Part shown: in pieces, positions 1 through 9,069 of the stretch
Layout of the letters: each line of letters starts with the position of its first letter
How positions within the stretch are numbered: position 1 is the stretch's first letter
NCBI GenBank assembly: GCA_003056285.1
Contig: NDWU01000002.1
Coordinates: forward strand, 70,839 to 94,838
Source: Candidatus Terraquivivens tikiterensis
GTDB taxonomy: Archaea; Thermoproteota; Nitrososphaeria_A; Caldarchaeales; Wolframiiraptoraceae
Length of the DNA stretch: 24,000 nt
Reading direction: 5' to 3'
Notes under the pieces: generated by a model
The model's input: the letters and a program-made list of their open reading frames with translations, nothing else
The model's database searches: none
Told to the model about the DNA's origin: nothing
Position numbers and translations under genes: made by a program

Positions 1-1
1 C

Positions 2-1324
2 GAGTTCGAGTTCAAGCTCGTCCCGAAGACGACGCGCGACGTCCTTAAGGAGTACGGGCTCGAAAAGACGTTCGACCCCGAGAACCCTATAAACACAGAC
101 GTGAAGCTGGCAGAAAAGTTCTATGAGGCAGGTTACGACCTGGCGCTAAGGCTCGGCATGTTCTGTCCGGACACGAAGAGGAGAGTAATGTTCACAGAGG
201 AGGAGATTAAGGAGGCTTTAAGGAACGCTCCGACCGAGGTTACGCTCGGTTACGGCAAGGACAGGGTAACGATAAGGAGCAGGAGGCCTGAAGACAGGAA
301 TCCCCCTGTAGCCGAGGGCTCTGCCTTGGGCATGTCTGTAAGCGAAGAGTACTTCATACCCCTTTGCATGGCCATAGCGCAGTACAAGGTTATAGATATC
401 ATCCTAGCGCCAACTTTGGATACGATAAACGGACGTGAGATCAGGGCGAGGACACCGTACGAGAGCATCATGGGGATGTACGAGGCCAAGTACGTCAAGG
501 AGGCGCTTAGGCGCGTAGGAAGGCCAGGTATGCCGCTTCACGGCGTTGAGGGCGCTCCTACAGAATATGGCTACTTTTCCGGATTCCTTTGGGGTGGGTT
601 TGAGCCTGAAAGGACGATAGGCATAGCGCTCATACCAGAGCCGGTAACGCTCTCTTACCAGATCCTCCATAGGGTCGTCGTCAATCACCTGGTAGGCTCG
701 CCCCTCGAGGCGGGACACATGCTGAACATAGGTGGTTACTTCGGCTCGCCGGAGGGCGCGGCCGTCGGGGCCGTTGCCGCTCAGATCCTTCAGACGGCCT
801 CGATGTTTCCGACGGTAGTTGAAAGCACTATACTTGACGCGAGGTACTTTGCAAACACGAGCAGGGAGGCCCTCTGGGCTACGAGCACGAGCATGCAGGC
901 AAGGACTATTGGCAACAAGGTGATGAACCTAGGAATAACTAGTCAGGTGAGCGGTCCATGCACGGACATGCTATTGTACGAGACGACCACGATAGCCATA
1001 GCGGACTCTGTTTCGGGCGTAGCGATCGAGATAGGAACGAGGCCGGCGGCGTGTAGGTACAAAGATTACGGGAGCGCGCTCGAAAACAAGTTCTTCGCAG
1101 AGGTCCTAAAATCTTCGGCCAAGAATTTGAAGCTAACTGACGCGAACGAGATAGTGAGGGCCCTGCTTCCCAAGTACGAGCACAAGCTCAAGGACCCGCC
1201 GAAAGGAAAGAGCTTCCCGGAGTGCACGGACCTGAGGACGCTCCGGCCTTCTAAAGAATGGCTGGAGATATACGAAAGGGTCTGGAAGGAGCTCGAGGAC
1301 TTAGGCCTCCCCCGGTGGGAGTAG
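2..1324 (+). CDS. MtmB-like (monomethylamine:corrinoid methyltransferase family) protein, non-pyrrolysine; 5'-truncated by window edge
   Basis: The frame is open from base 2 (EFEFKLVPKTTRDVLKEYGLEKTF...), upstream of the GTG called at 101. Family-like blocks: 'GRPGMPLHGVEGAPTEYG' (cf. GRPGMGV-Pyl-GPETSLSAQG in methanogen MtmB), 'GPCTDMLLYETTTIAIADSVSG' (cf. GPCTEMCLLEASAQSITDTASG), and C-terminal 'GKSFPECTDLRTLRPSKEWLEIYERVWKELEDLGL'. Confidence 0.85.
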   Translation, partial: EFEFKLVPKTTRDVLKEYGLEKTFDPENPINTDVKLAEKFYEAGYDLALRLGMFCPDTKRRVMFTEEEIKEALRNAPTEVTLGYGKDRVTIRSRRPEDRNPPVAEGSALGMSVSEEYFIPLCMAIAQYKVIDIILAPTLDTINGREIRARTPYESIMGMYEAKYVKEALRRVGRPGMPLHGVEGAPTEYGYFSGFLWGGFEPERTIGIALIPEPVTLSYQILHRVVVNHLVGSPLEAGHMLNIGGYFGSPEGAAVGAVAAQILQTASMFPTVVESTILDARYFANTSREALWATSTSMQARTIGNKVMNLGITSQVSGPCTDMLLYETTTIAIADSVSGVAIEIGTRPAACRYKDYGSALENKFFAEVLKSSAKNLKLTDANEIVRALLPKYEHKLKDPPKGKSFPECTDLRTLRPSKEWLEIYERVWKELEDLGLPRWE

Positions 1325-1325
1325 C

Positions 1326-2684
1326 TTGCCGTTCAGGGAGTTAGCGTACAAAGACGCGGACGAGATGGTTTTTGGTTTTGCCAAAAGACCCCTAAGATAC
1401 GGGCTCGGGCTCTCTGTCGGCGAGGGCAAGGTCATCCCCGAAGTCAAGTACTTGTTAAAGCCAGGCCTTGAGCAGAACGTCGACATGCTCGTCGAGGAGT
1501 ACAGGAAGGTAACGCTATCTGTCATGGAAAGGGCCTTAAACTTGGGAGTAAACGATGTTCAGCTGGATACGGAGTTCATCGAACCCATGACGACAAACCC
1601 GAGCTGGGGGAGGGCTGTGATCCGTGCGCAGAAAGAGGTTCTTTCAACCTATTACGAGGAGCACGGGATCAGGTCAGCTCTCAGGGCCACGATAGCCGAC
1701 GTCAGGAGGTTTAGCAAAGGGCTTCGGAAGGGCGAGTACTTCCAAGCGGTCATGGACTCCTTCGCAGCCGCGGCAGAAAGCGGCGCAGACCTATTATCGA
1801 TAGAATCTAGAGGTGGGCAAGAAATTTTTTCCTACTCGCTAATAAGGAACGACCTGGCCGGAATCGTGTTTTCTTTAGGCGTACTGGCGCCGAGGGATGT
1901 TAGGTACGTTTGGAGGGAGATCGTAAGGAACGCAGGCAAGGCAATTCCCGCAGGGGACACGGCTTGCGCTTTAGCTAACAGCGCCATGGTCTTGGCGGAC
2001 GGCTTGGTTAACAGGAAGATACCGCATACGTTGGCCGCAGTCATCAGGGCGATGTCGGCCGTCAGGACTTTGGCATGCTACGAGGAGGGAGCGAGGGGCC
2101 CAGGGAAGGATTGTGCGTACGAGAACGTGATCATAAAGGCGATCACGGGATACCCTATGAGCATGGAGGGCAAGACCTCGGCCTTTGCCCACTCCAGCTT
2201 AGTAGGCAACGTCGTCGCGGCGGCCTGCGACCTTTGGTCCAACGAGACGATAGTCGTCGATGATACGTTCGGAGGCAAGACCACCGCCATAATATTTGAA
2301 ATCCTAAGCTACGACGCTGCTTTAATGAATGAGTCGATAACTTCGGGAAGCAGCATGACACTCCGGCGATTGTTCATCAACTCAGACAGGTACCGGGACC
2401 CGCAGGCTTTAATACTATCGCCAGACAACGCTTTCAGGATAGCTAGCGCCATCGTTTCAGCCAGCTCTGACTATGAAAGGGCTGTTCTTGCTGCGACCGA
2501 GGCGATATGCATACTCGAGGAAAATCTTGATAGGCTGAGGATGCCCGAGGTAGAGAGGAGGTACCTCGTTACGCTAAAGAAATTTTTCGAGGAGGCTCCC
2601 GAGGAGAATAGGTTGATTGAAGAATCCATCAGGAAATACAGCGGAAAGGTTTCTGAATTCAACCCGGCCAACTACGAACTTTAA
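1326..2684 (+). CDS. mtaB: MtaB-like methanol (or methylated-compound):corrinoid methyltransferase
   Basis: 452 aa, TTG start. 'LAYKDADEMVFGFAKRPLRYGLGLSVGEGKVIPEV', 'MTTNPSWG', 'GADLLSIESRGGQEIF', 'AGDTACALANSAM' and 'GPGKDCAYENVIIKAITGYPMSMEGKTSAFAHSS' all match MtaB blocks. The Zn ligand positions (Glu, Cys, Cys) correspond to E160, C214 and C263 here. Confidence 0.9.
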   Translation: MPFRELAYKDADEMVFGFAKRPLRYGLGLSVGEGKVIPEVKYLLKPGLEQNVDMLVEEYRKVTLSVMERALNLGVNDVQLDTEFIEPMTTNPSWGRAVIRAQKEVLSTYYEEHGIRSALRATIADVRRFSKGLRKGEYFQAVMDSFAAAAESGADLLSIESRGGQEIFSYSLIRNDLAGIVFSLGVLAPRDVRYVWREIVRNAGKAIPAGDTACALANSAMVLADGLVNRKIPHTLAAVIRAMSAVRTLACYEEGARGPGKDCAYENVIIKAITGYPMSMEGKTSAFAHSSLVGNVVAAACDLWSNETIVVDDTFGGKTTAIIFEILSYDAALMNESITSGSSMTLRRLFINSDRYRDPQALILSPDNAFRIASAIVSASSDYERAVLAATEAICILEENLDRLRMPEVERRYLVTLKKFFEEAPEENRLIEESIRKYSGKVSEFNPANYEL

Positions 2685-2687
2685 GGT

Positions 2688-3629
2688 TCATCTTGATTTC
2701 TTGAAAGGTTTACCTAGAGAGGCTGGACCCTTAACCTTCCTGCCAGCAACGAGCAGAAGGACTATCGTAAATAAATAAGGTAGCATCAAGGCGAACTGGT
2801 ATGGCAAAAAAGGCACGTTGAACGCCTGAATCCTCAGCTGGAGGGCGTCGATGAAGCTGAAAATGAAAGCAGCGCCGAGTAGCAGCAATGGGTTCCACCT
2901 GGAGAGTATGACCAGCGCTATCGCTATGTAGCCCCTTCCCTGCGTCATGTTGTCCAAGAACATGTTGTAGTAACCTATCGAGAGGAGCGCACCCGCTATA
3001 CCGGCGATTCCCCCCTCTAGAACGAGCAGGGCGTAGCGCGTCAGGTTTACGTTGATTCCGAGGTAGTCGGCCGTCTGCGGGTCCTCGCCCATGGCCCTGA
3101 TCTTCAGGCCGCTTTCCGTTCTAAAGAGTAGCCACCAACTTAAAAAAACCAACGCAAGAGCCGCATACGTATGTGGGAGGTGGTTAAACAGGACCTTGCC
3201 CAGTATCGGTATCTGGGAGAGAACAGGTATCTCTACAGGTTGGAGCGTCGTTTCAACGTGTGGCGGTATGGGGCTAACGTACCAACCGAAGCTTGCCCTG
3301 TAGAAGTAAGAGGTTATGCCGATTGTTAGGAGGTTGAGCGCCAGGCCCGTGACCATCTGGTCTAGGGCTAAAGTTATCGTCAATAGGGCGAATAGCATGC
3401 ACAGGGCAACACCGGCGATGCTTGCGGCCAACATAGCGTAGCCTAGGCTACCGGTGTAGAAAGCGACCATAAAGGCCGTAAAAGCACCAACCAGCATCGC
3501 GCCCTCAAGGCTAAGGTTCAGGATACCGCTCCGCTCGACGAGCAGCTCTGCCAGCCCGGCCAATAGGATGGGCGTGAGCAAACTCACGCTAGAATAAAGC
3601 AAACCTACCACGATCTCGACGCTTACCAC
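2688..3629 (-). CDS. ABC transporter permease, BMP/nucleoside-type (NupQ/YufQ-like)
   Basis: Hydrophobic 313 aa protein with 'LTPILLAGLAELLVERSGILNLSLEGAMLVGAF' and 'KIRAMGEDPQTADYLGINV' typical of this permease family. Last gene of a 4-gene minus-strand operon. Confidence 0.88.
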   Translation of the reverse strand: MVSVEIVVGLLYSSVSLLTPILLAGLAELLVERSGILNLSLEGAMLVGAFTAFMVAFYTGSLGYAMLAASIAGVALCMLFALLTITLALDQMVTGLALNLLTIGITSYFYRASFGWYVSPIPPHVETTLQPVEIPVLSQIPILGKVLFNHLPHTYAALALVFLSWWLLFRTESGLKIRAMGEDPQTADYLGINVNLTRYALLVLEGGIAGIAGALLSIGYYNMFLDNMTQGRGYIAIALVILSRWNPLLLLGAAFIFSFIDALQLRIQAFNVPFLPYQFALMLPYLFTIVLLLVAGRKVKGPASLGKPFKKSR

Positions 3630-4696
3630 AGCTTCAACCTCTCCATGGCTTTCTTAGCCAGCTTATCCTCGACGAAGTAGCTAGCAAGAACGAATATTAT
3701 TATGAGCGCTTGGATTATGCCTGCCATGCCCACGGGTATCTGGGCCATCCTGTGCATTGTCATGCTTCCGTTTATTATCCCGCCTAAGAAAAAGGAGGTC
3801 AAGGCTATCAGCAATGGGTTCAGGTAACCGAGCAGGGCGACGGCTATGCCCGTGTAACCGTATGGCGACGTCGGCGGGGACAACTCAAGCCTCATCTTAT
3901 GCTGTATTCCCAGAACCTCGAAACCCCCTGCTAGACCTGCCAAGAAGCCGCTTATGAGCATGGCCTGGATTACCAAACGCGTGACGTTTATGTTTGCGTA
4001 CTGCGCGGTCCTGGCGCTCGAGCCAAGCACATCCAACTTAAGCCCAAACGCCGTCCACCTCAAAAAGAAGTAAGCGAGAGGAACCACAACGGCGAAGGCC
4101 AACAAAACGCCTACATGTAGTCGGGTACCTTGCACGACTATCGGTGCCCAGAGTGCCGGGTTTATCGTCTCAGTCTCCGGGAACATGGAGACCGGGTCCC
4201 TAAATGGGCCGTGGAGGAGGTAGCTTACTAGATAAATGGCCACGTAATTGAACATCAGCGTGGTGATTACTTCGTTTATACCGTACGTTGCCTTTAGTAT
4301 GGCTGGTGGGAGTGCCCAGAGAGCTCCACCCAAGCCGGCGACTAGGACGATGACGGGAAAAGCCAAGGACGGAGGGGCATCTTTAAGCAGTATGCTCAGG
4401 ATTGCCGTCACCATTCCGCCGACGTAGAACTGCCCTTCTGCTCCTATGTTCCATATCCTTGCCTTGAAAACCGTCGCAAGCCCTATGCTTATCAGCAGCA
4501 AAGGCGTCGCCCTTATTAACGTCTCCGGGATCGCTGGAGGCGAAAAGGCGCCTTGAAAGAGCCAGTAGTAAGCCTGTAAGGGGTCTTTACCAACGGAAGA
4601 AATTATTATTATGCCAGCGAAGAAGGCAAGGCCGATGGTTGAGAGGGCCAGTGCCGCCCTAATCAGTAGAAACCGTCGCTCTAACGTTATGCCCAA
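3623..4696 (-). CDS. ABC transporter permease, BMP/nucleoside-type (NupP/YufP-like)
   Basis: 'RATPLLLISIGLATVFKARIWNIGAEGQFYVGG' and 'YGINEVITTLMFNYVAIYLVSYLLHGP' blocks. Overlaps the 5' end of the next permease by 7 nt. Confidence 0.88.
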   Translation of the reverse strand: MGITLERRFLLIRAALALSTIGLAFFAGIIIISSVGKDPLQAYYWLFQGAFSPPAIPETLIRATPLLLISIGLATVFKARIWNIGAEGQFYVGGMVTAILSILLKDAPPSLAFPVIVLVAGLGGALWALPPAILKATYGINEVITTLMFNYVAIYLVSYLLHGPFRDPVSMFPETETINPALWAPIVVQGTRLHVGVLLAFAVVVPLAYFFLRWTAFGLKLDVLGSSARTAQYANINVTRLVIQAMLISGFLAGLAGGFEVLGIQHKMRLELSPPTSPYGYTGIAVALLGYLNPLLIALTSFFLGGIINGSMTMHRMAQIPVGMAGIIQALIIIFVLASYFVEDKLAKKAMERLKLW

Positions 4697-6179
4697 GCCC
4701 CTCGCCCGCCAGCATGTACGAGCCTATCATCACAGGGTCTGCCTCTTCCTTCTCAAAAATCTTCACGATCTTTCCGTCGCTGATTACGGCTATCCTATCG
4801 CTAAGCTCCAAGATCTCGTCAAGGTCGGAGGAGACGAGGAGTATCCCGACGCCTTTGGAGGCAAGCTCTGAAAGCGCCTTCCTTACTTGGTAGGCAGACT
4901 TGGCGTCTAAGCCCGCCGTAGGCTGCTCGGCTATCAAGACCTCCGACGGCGTTAGTATCTCCCGGCCCACTATGATCTTCTGAATGTTTCCGCCCGAAAG
5001 GTACTTCACCGGGGTCTTGAGACTCGGCGTCCTTACATTCATGAACGACACGACCCTTTTCGCAAACTCATTCATCTTGGAAAAGTTTAGGAAATTACCG
5101 CGTTCTACGAATTCTTCGTCATCAAAACGTCTAAGGACGCTGTTTACCGCCACGCTGAGCGTCGGGGCTACGCCGAGCTCCATCCTCTCCGCAGGTATGT
5201 AATTCATCCTGCCCGAGTAACTGTTCTTTCTTTCGAAGATTATTTCACCATAAACTGGCCTCCTAAGACCTGCTATGGCCTCGACCAGCTCCTTTTGACC
5301 GTTACCCTCGACGCCTGCTACCCCTAAAACCTCGCCCGCATACAGCTCGAAGGATACGCCCTTTACCTTGCAAAGACCCCTGTCGTCGTTCACAACCAAA
5401 TTTTTTACGGTTAACAGGGCTTCTTTGCTGTGCGATGGCCTAGCATTCGCAACCGCGGGCACAAGCCTTTCCCCGACCATCAACTCGACAAGGTAGGATT
5501 CATCCCTTACCTCATCCTTATCCAGCGTGGCCACGACGCGCCCCATCCTCATGACCGTTATCCTATCGCTTACGTGCATGGCTTCGCGAATCTTGTGCGT
5601 AATCAAGACTATGCTGTATCCCTTATACGAAAGGGACTTGAGTAAAGCAAGAAACCTGTCGATCTCTGGGCCGCAGAGCATAGACGTTGGCTCGTCGAAT
5701 ATTAAGATCCTGGCCTTGCTTAGCAAGAGCCTTAGTATCTCTACCCTCTGCCTCTCGCCTACAGAGAGAGCATAAACCGGCGAGTCTAGCCTTACCTTGA
5801 ACCCAAGCGTCCTCGAGAGATCCTCAACTTCCGTAAGCATTCGCCTCATGTCGAATCTTTGGCCAACGAGCCCGAGCCTCAGGTTCTCCAGCACGCTCAT
5901 CGTCGGTATGAGCGTGAGGTGCTGGTGGACCATCCCTATGCCCTTCCTTAGGGCGTCCGACGGTGACCTGAATTCAACCCTTTCCCCCTCGACGTATATA
6001 AAGCCGCTCGTCGGTTTGAGGCAACCGCTTAGTATCTTCATGAGTGTCGTTTTTCCTGCTCCGTTCTCGCCTAGTAACGCATGCACCTCGCCCTTCCTTA
6101 AATCAAAATCAACCTCGTAATTTGCCACTATGCCTCCGGGGTAAACCTTCGTTATCTTTTTCAGCTCGGCCGCGAGCAT
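4659..6179 (-). CDS. ABC transporter ATP-binding protein with two ABC domains, BMP/nucleoside (or sugar) type (YufO-like)
   Basis: Walker A 'LLGENGAGKTTLMKIL', signature 'LSVGERQRVEILRLLL', 'ILIFDEPTSML'. Second domain has 'GVAGVEGNGQKELVEAIAGL' and 'LSGGNIQKIIVGRE'. Overlaps the permease gene. Confidence 0.9.
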   Translation of the reverse strand: MLAAELKKITKVYPGGIVANYEVDFDLRKGEVHALLGENGAGKTTLMKILSGCLKPTSGFIYVEGERVEFRSPSDALRKGIGMVHQHLTLIPTMSVLENLRLGLVGQRFDMRRMLTEVEDLSRTLGFKVRLDSPVYALSVGERQRVEILRLLLSKARILIFDEPTSMLCGPEIDRFLALLKSLSYKGYSIVLITHKIREAMHVSDRITVMRMGRVVATLDKDEVRDESYLVELMVGERLVPAVANARPSHSKEALLTVKNLVVNDDRGLCKVKGVSFELYAGEVLGVAGVEGNGQKELVEAIAGLRRPVYGEIIFERKNSYSGRMNYIPAERMELGVAPTLSVAVNSVLRRFDDEEFVERGNFLNFSKMNEFAKRVVSFMNVRTPSLKTPVKYLSGGNIQKIIVGREILTPSEVLIAEQPTAGLDAKSAYQVRKALSELASKGVGILLVSSDLDEILELSDRIAVISDGKIVKIFEKEEADPVMIGSYMLAGEGLGHNVRATVSTD

Positions 6180-6234
6180 TGCACCGCACCTACAAAAAAA
6201 TAGGAAGGGTTTACGTACTCGTCTTCGATTTAAA

Positions 6235-7320
6235 TCATTTCCACCTTTCTGGAACCCAATCCTCGTATATCGGAACGACGAGCTTCCCCTCGATTATCTG
6301 CTTCTCAAGAGCCTCGGTTAGCTCCAGAACGTCCGGCGGGACTTTCTTCTTTAGTTCGGGGTTCCATACCAGCTTAGCCCATCCCTCTTTCATGCCCCAG
6401 TTGTACACTCCGCCCTTCCACTTGCCCGATTGCTTCATCTCGACGAGGTGCTTGACGAACGACTTCAGGTCCCAAGTCACGCTGGCCAGGACGACGTCCG
6501 GTGCTAAGCCAGACTGGTCGACGATGTTACCGAAGCAGTAGACGGTCTTGCCCTCTTTTAGAGCATCCTTGGCGGCTTCGAAGGGCCCGTACCTTTCGGC
6601 GTATATGAAATCAGCACCAGCCTCGATCAACGCCTTTGCCGCCTCCTTTCCCTTTACGGGATCGAACCAGCTCTCGATGAATATCGCCCTGATGTCTACG
6701 TTCGGGTTTACAGACTTCGCGCCAGCAGCAAATGCGTTAACTAGCCTGTTAACGTCTGGTACGGCATATGCGGTAACGACGCCCACGATGTTTGTCTTGG
6801 TCATCTTGCCGGCAACCACGCCGGCCAGATAGGCCGCGTCCTGGATCCAGTAATCGTAGAGCACGACGTTGGGTGGGTATTCTAAGTCCGTTGGACCTGA
6901 GCCTTGCGCAAAAGCTACGTTAGGAAACTCTTTCGCAACCTTTATCGTCACCTCATGGTATCCCCAGCTGTGGGGTACTATTATATCATAGCCCGCTGCT
7001 ATGTACTCCCTGATTACCCTCTCAACGTCCGCAGTGTCGACCTTCTCAGAGTATACGTATTCCACGCCTAGATTCTGGACGGCCCAGGTCATGGCCTCGT
7101 GCATGACGGTGTTCCAAGGTTCCTCTATAGGCGTTACGTAGATGACCGCGACCCTTACCTTCTTAGTAGGGCTAGGCTGCTGGGGCGTAACCCCTGCAAA
7201 CGAGGACGCATACCAAGCCACGACGCCTACGACGATGGCAACGAGCACTACGATGGCAACGGCGGCCGTCCTCGAGATTCCCCTGTTCTTGCCATAACGG
7301 GCCGCGCGTGTTTGTACCAT
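6235..7320 (-). CDS. BMP family ABC transporter substrate-binding protein
   Basis: N-terminal membrane anchor 'AVAIVVLVAIVVGVVAWY', then 'KKVRVAVIYVTPIEEPWNTVMHEAM...', 'NIVGVVTAYAVPDVNRLVNAFAAGAKSVNPN', 'EAAKALIEAGADFIY'. Cognate of the downstream ABC genes. Confidence 0.87.
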   Translation of the reverse strand: MVQTRAARYGKNRGISRTAAVAIVVLVAIVVGVVAWYASSFAGVTPQQPSPTKKVRVAVIYVTPIEEPWNTVMHEAMTWAVQNLGVEYVYSEKVDTADVERVIREYIAAGYDIIVPHSWGYHEVTIKVAKEFPNVAFAQGSGPTDLEYPPNVVLYDYWIQDAAYLAGVVAGKMTKTNIVGVVTAYAVPDVNRLVNAFAAGAKSVNPNVDIRAIFIESWFDPVKGKEAAKALIEAGADFIYAERYGPFEAAKDALKEGKTVYCFGNIVDQSGLAPDVVLASVTWDLKSFVKHLVEMKQSGKWKGGVYNWGMKEGWAKLVWNPELKKKVPPDVLELTEALEKQIIEGKLVVPIYEDWVPERWK

Positions 7321-7488
7321 GTACCAGCAAAATTCTTCCCAATATTTATTTATAGCTTTACATGTTCATGTAAAAATTATGCCGGCGTGGCAAACGGCAT
7401 GACGTCGGAGCTTTTCGGCTCTAATAACGCTTGGCAGAAAACAGACGCTTTGGGCAACTCTTTTAAAGCCGCACCATCCTGTTGTTTT

Positions 7489-9069
7489 ATGGAAAGGGCT
7501 TTTGTCAACGAGATGACATGGTTGAGGATGTCTCAGTCCGGCCTTACCGAAGAGTTCCATAGGAAGTACGAAGAGGCCTTGGAGATCGTCGGCTCACAGC
7601 TTGGACAGCACCATCCTATCTACGTAGGCGGAGAGCCGGTATTTTCCGACGCGGGCGAGTTTCTCGACAGGTCGCCCATAGACACGCGAACCGTCATTGG
7701 TTACTTTCAAAGGGCCCAAAGGAAGCATGTTAGGATGGCCATAGAGTCGGCTAAGGAAGGCTTCGAGCGCTGGGGCTACCTAGATTGGAGGAAAAGGGTA
7801 GGGGTCATGAGAAAGGCAGCAGACATCATGTCGGATGAGAAGTTTCTCCTGGCGGCTCTCATAACGCTGGAGAATGGCAAGAACAGGTTTGAGGCGATGG
7901 CAGACGTTGACGAGGCCATAGACTACCTCAGGTACTATGCGTACCTTATGGAAATCAACGACGGCTTCGTAAAGAGGATGGGCTCAGTGTATCCTGGCGA
8001 ACATGCGTTGAGCGTGATGAAACCTTACGGTGTATGGGCAATCGTATCGCCGTTTAACTTTCCCTTAGCGATACTAACAGGCATGAGCAGCGGCGCCCTC
8101 GTAACCGGCAACACGGTAGTCCTCAAGCCTGCGAGCGATACTCCATACATCGCGTTGAGGTACTACGAGATTTTGATAAGGGCCGGGGTACCAAAGGATG
8201 CTGTTAACTACGTAACGGGCTCCGGAAAGGAGCTGCAGGATGAGTTCTTGGAGAATGAAGACCTGATGGGTATAGCATTCACAGGCTCCTGGGAAGTAGG
8301 CTCAATGCTATATGCCCGCTTCAGCTCCAAGGCACCAAGACCATTCATAGCAGAGATGGGCGGCAAGAACGCGACGATAATCACGGAAAGCGCGGACATC
8401 GAGAAGGCCGTAGAGGGTGTGATAAGGGGCGCCTTCGGTTACGGAGGCCAGAAGTGCAGCGCGACGTCGAGGCTTCTGGTTCAAAGGAACGTTAAGGAGA
8501 GGTTCCTCAGGAGGCTCTTGGAGAGGCTGCCGGAGTTTAAGGTAGGCGACCCAAGGAGAAGGGATGTTTTCATGGGACCTTTAATAAACGAGAGGGCGCT
8601 AAAGAATTACATAGAGTACGTGGAGCTTGCGAAGAAGGACGGCCGCGTGCTCTACGGCGGGAAGGTTCTTAAAGACGGCGAGTTTGCCAACGGGTACTAC
8701 GTCGAGCCGACAGTCGTTGAGGGCCTGTCGAGGGAGCACAGGCTATGGAAGGAGGAGCTATTCGTTCCGATCCTATTGGTTAAAGAGTTTGATACGCTGG
8801 AAGAGGCCATAGAGATGGCTAACGACTCGGATTATGGCTTGACAGCTGGCATCTTCTCCAAAAACAAAGACGATGTTAAGATGTTCTTTGAGAGAATACA
8901 GGCCGGCGTTGCTTACGCGAACAGGATTGTCGGCTCAACAACGGGTGCCGTCGTGGGCGTCCAGGCCTTTGGCGGCTGGAAGCGTAGCGGCTCGACAGGA
9001 AAGGGTGCTGGCGGTGTTTACTACCTGTACCAATTCATGAGGGAACAGAGCCAGTCGACTTACGATTGA
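7489..9069 (+). CDS. NAD(P)-dependent aldehyde dehydrogenase, 1-pyrroline-5-carboxylate dehydrogenase-like
   Basis: ALDH core: 'SPFNFPLAILTG', 'KPASDTPYIALRYYEILIRAGVP', 'FTGSWEVGSMLY', catalytic 'AEMGGKN' and 'GGQKCSATSR', and a P5CDH-like C-terminus 'GAVVGVQAFGGWKRSGSTGKGAGGVYYLYQFMREQSQ'. The provided ORF start (7099) overlaps the divergent bmp gene; ATG 7489, 7513 or 7528 is more likely. Confidence 0.88.
   Translation: MERAFVNEMTWLRMSQSGLTEEFHRKYEEALEIVGSQLGQHHPIYVGGEPVFSDAGEFLDRSPIDTRTVIGYFQRAQRKHVRMAIESAKEGFERWGYLDWRKRVGVMRKAADIMSDEKFLLAALITLENGKNRFEAMADVDEAIDYLRYYAYLMEINDGFVKRMGSVYPGEHALSVMKPYGVWAIVSPFNFPLAILTGMSSGALVTGNTVVLKPASDTPYIALRYYEILIRAGVPKDAVNYVTGSGKELQDEFLENEDLMGIAFTGSWEVGSMLYARFSSKAPRPFIAEMGGKNATIITESADIEKAVEGVIRGAFGYGGQKCSATSRLLVQRNVKERFLRRLLERLPEFKVGDPRRRDVFMGPLINERALKNYIEYVELAKKDGRVLYGGKVLKDGEFANGYYVEPTVVEGLSREHRLWKEELFVPILLVKEFDTLEEAIEMANDSDYGLTAGIFSKNKDDVKMFFERIQAGVAYANRIVGSTTGAVVGVQAFGGWKRSGSTGKGAGGVYYLYQFMREQSQSTYD

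Noticed and set aside
2-1324. Pyrrolysine-encoding amber readthrough in the MtmB-like gene
   Set aside because: No in-frame TAG exists before the terminal stop; the Pyl column is a CAC His codon.
7099-7488. N-terminal extension of the provided ALDH ORF (MHDGVPRFLYRRYVDDRD...)
   Set aside because: Overlaps the divergent, well-supported bmp gene start (7320) and has low-complexity shadow translation. Homology-like sequence begins only after about 7528.
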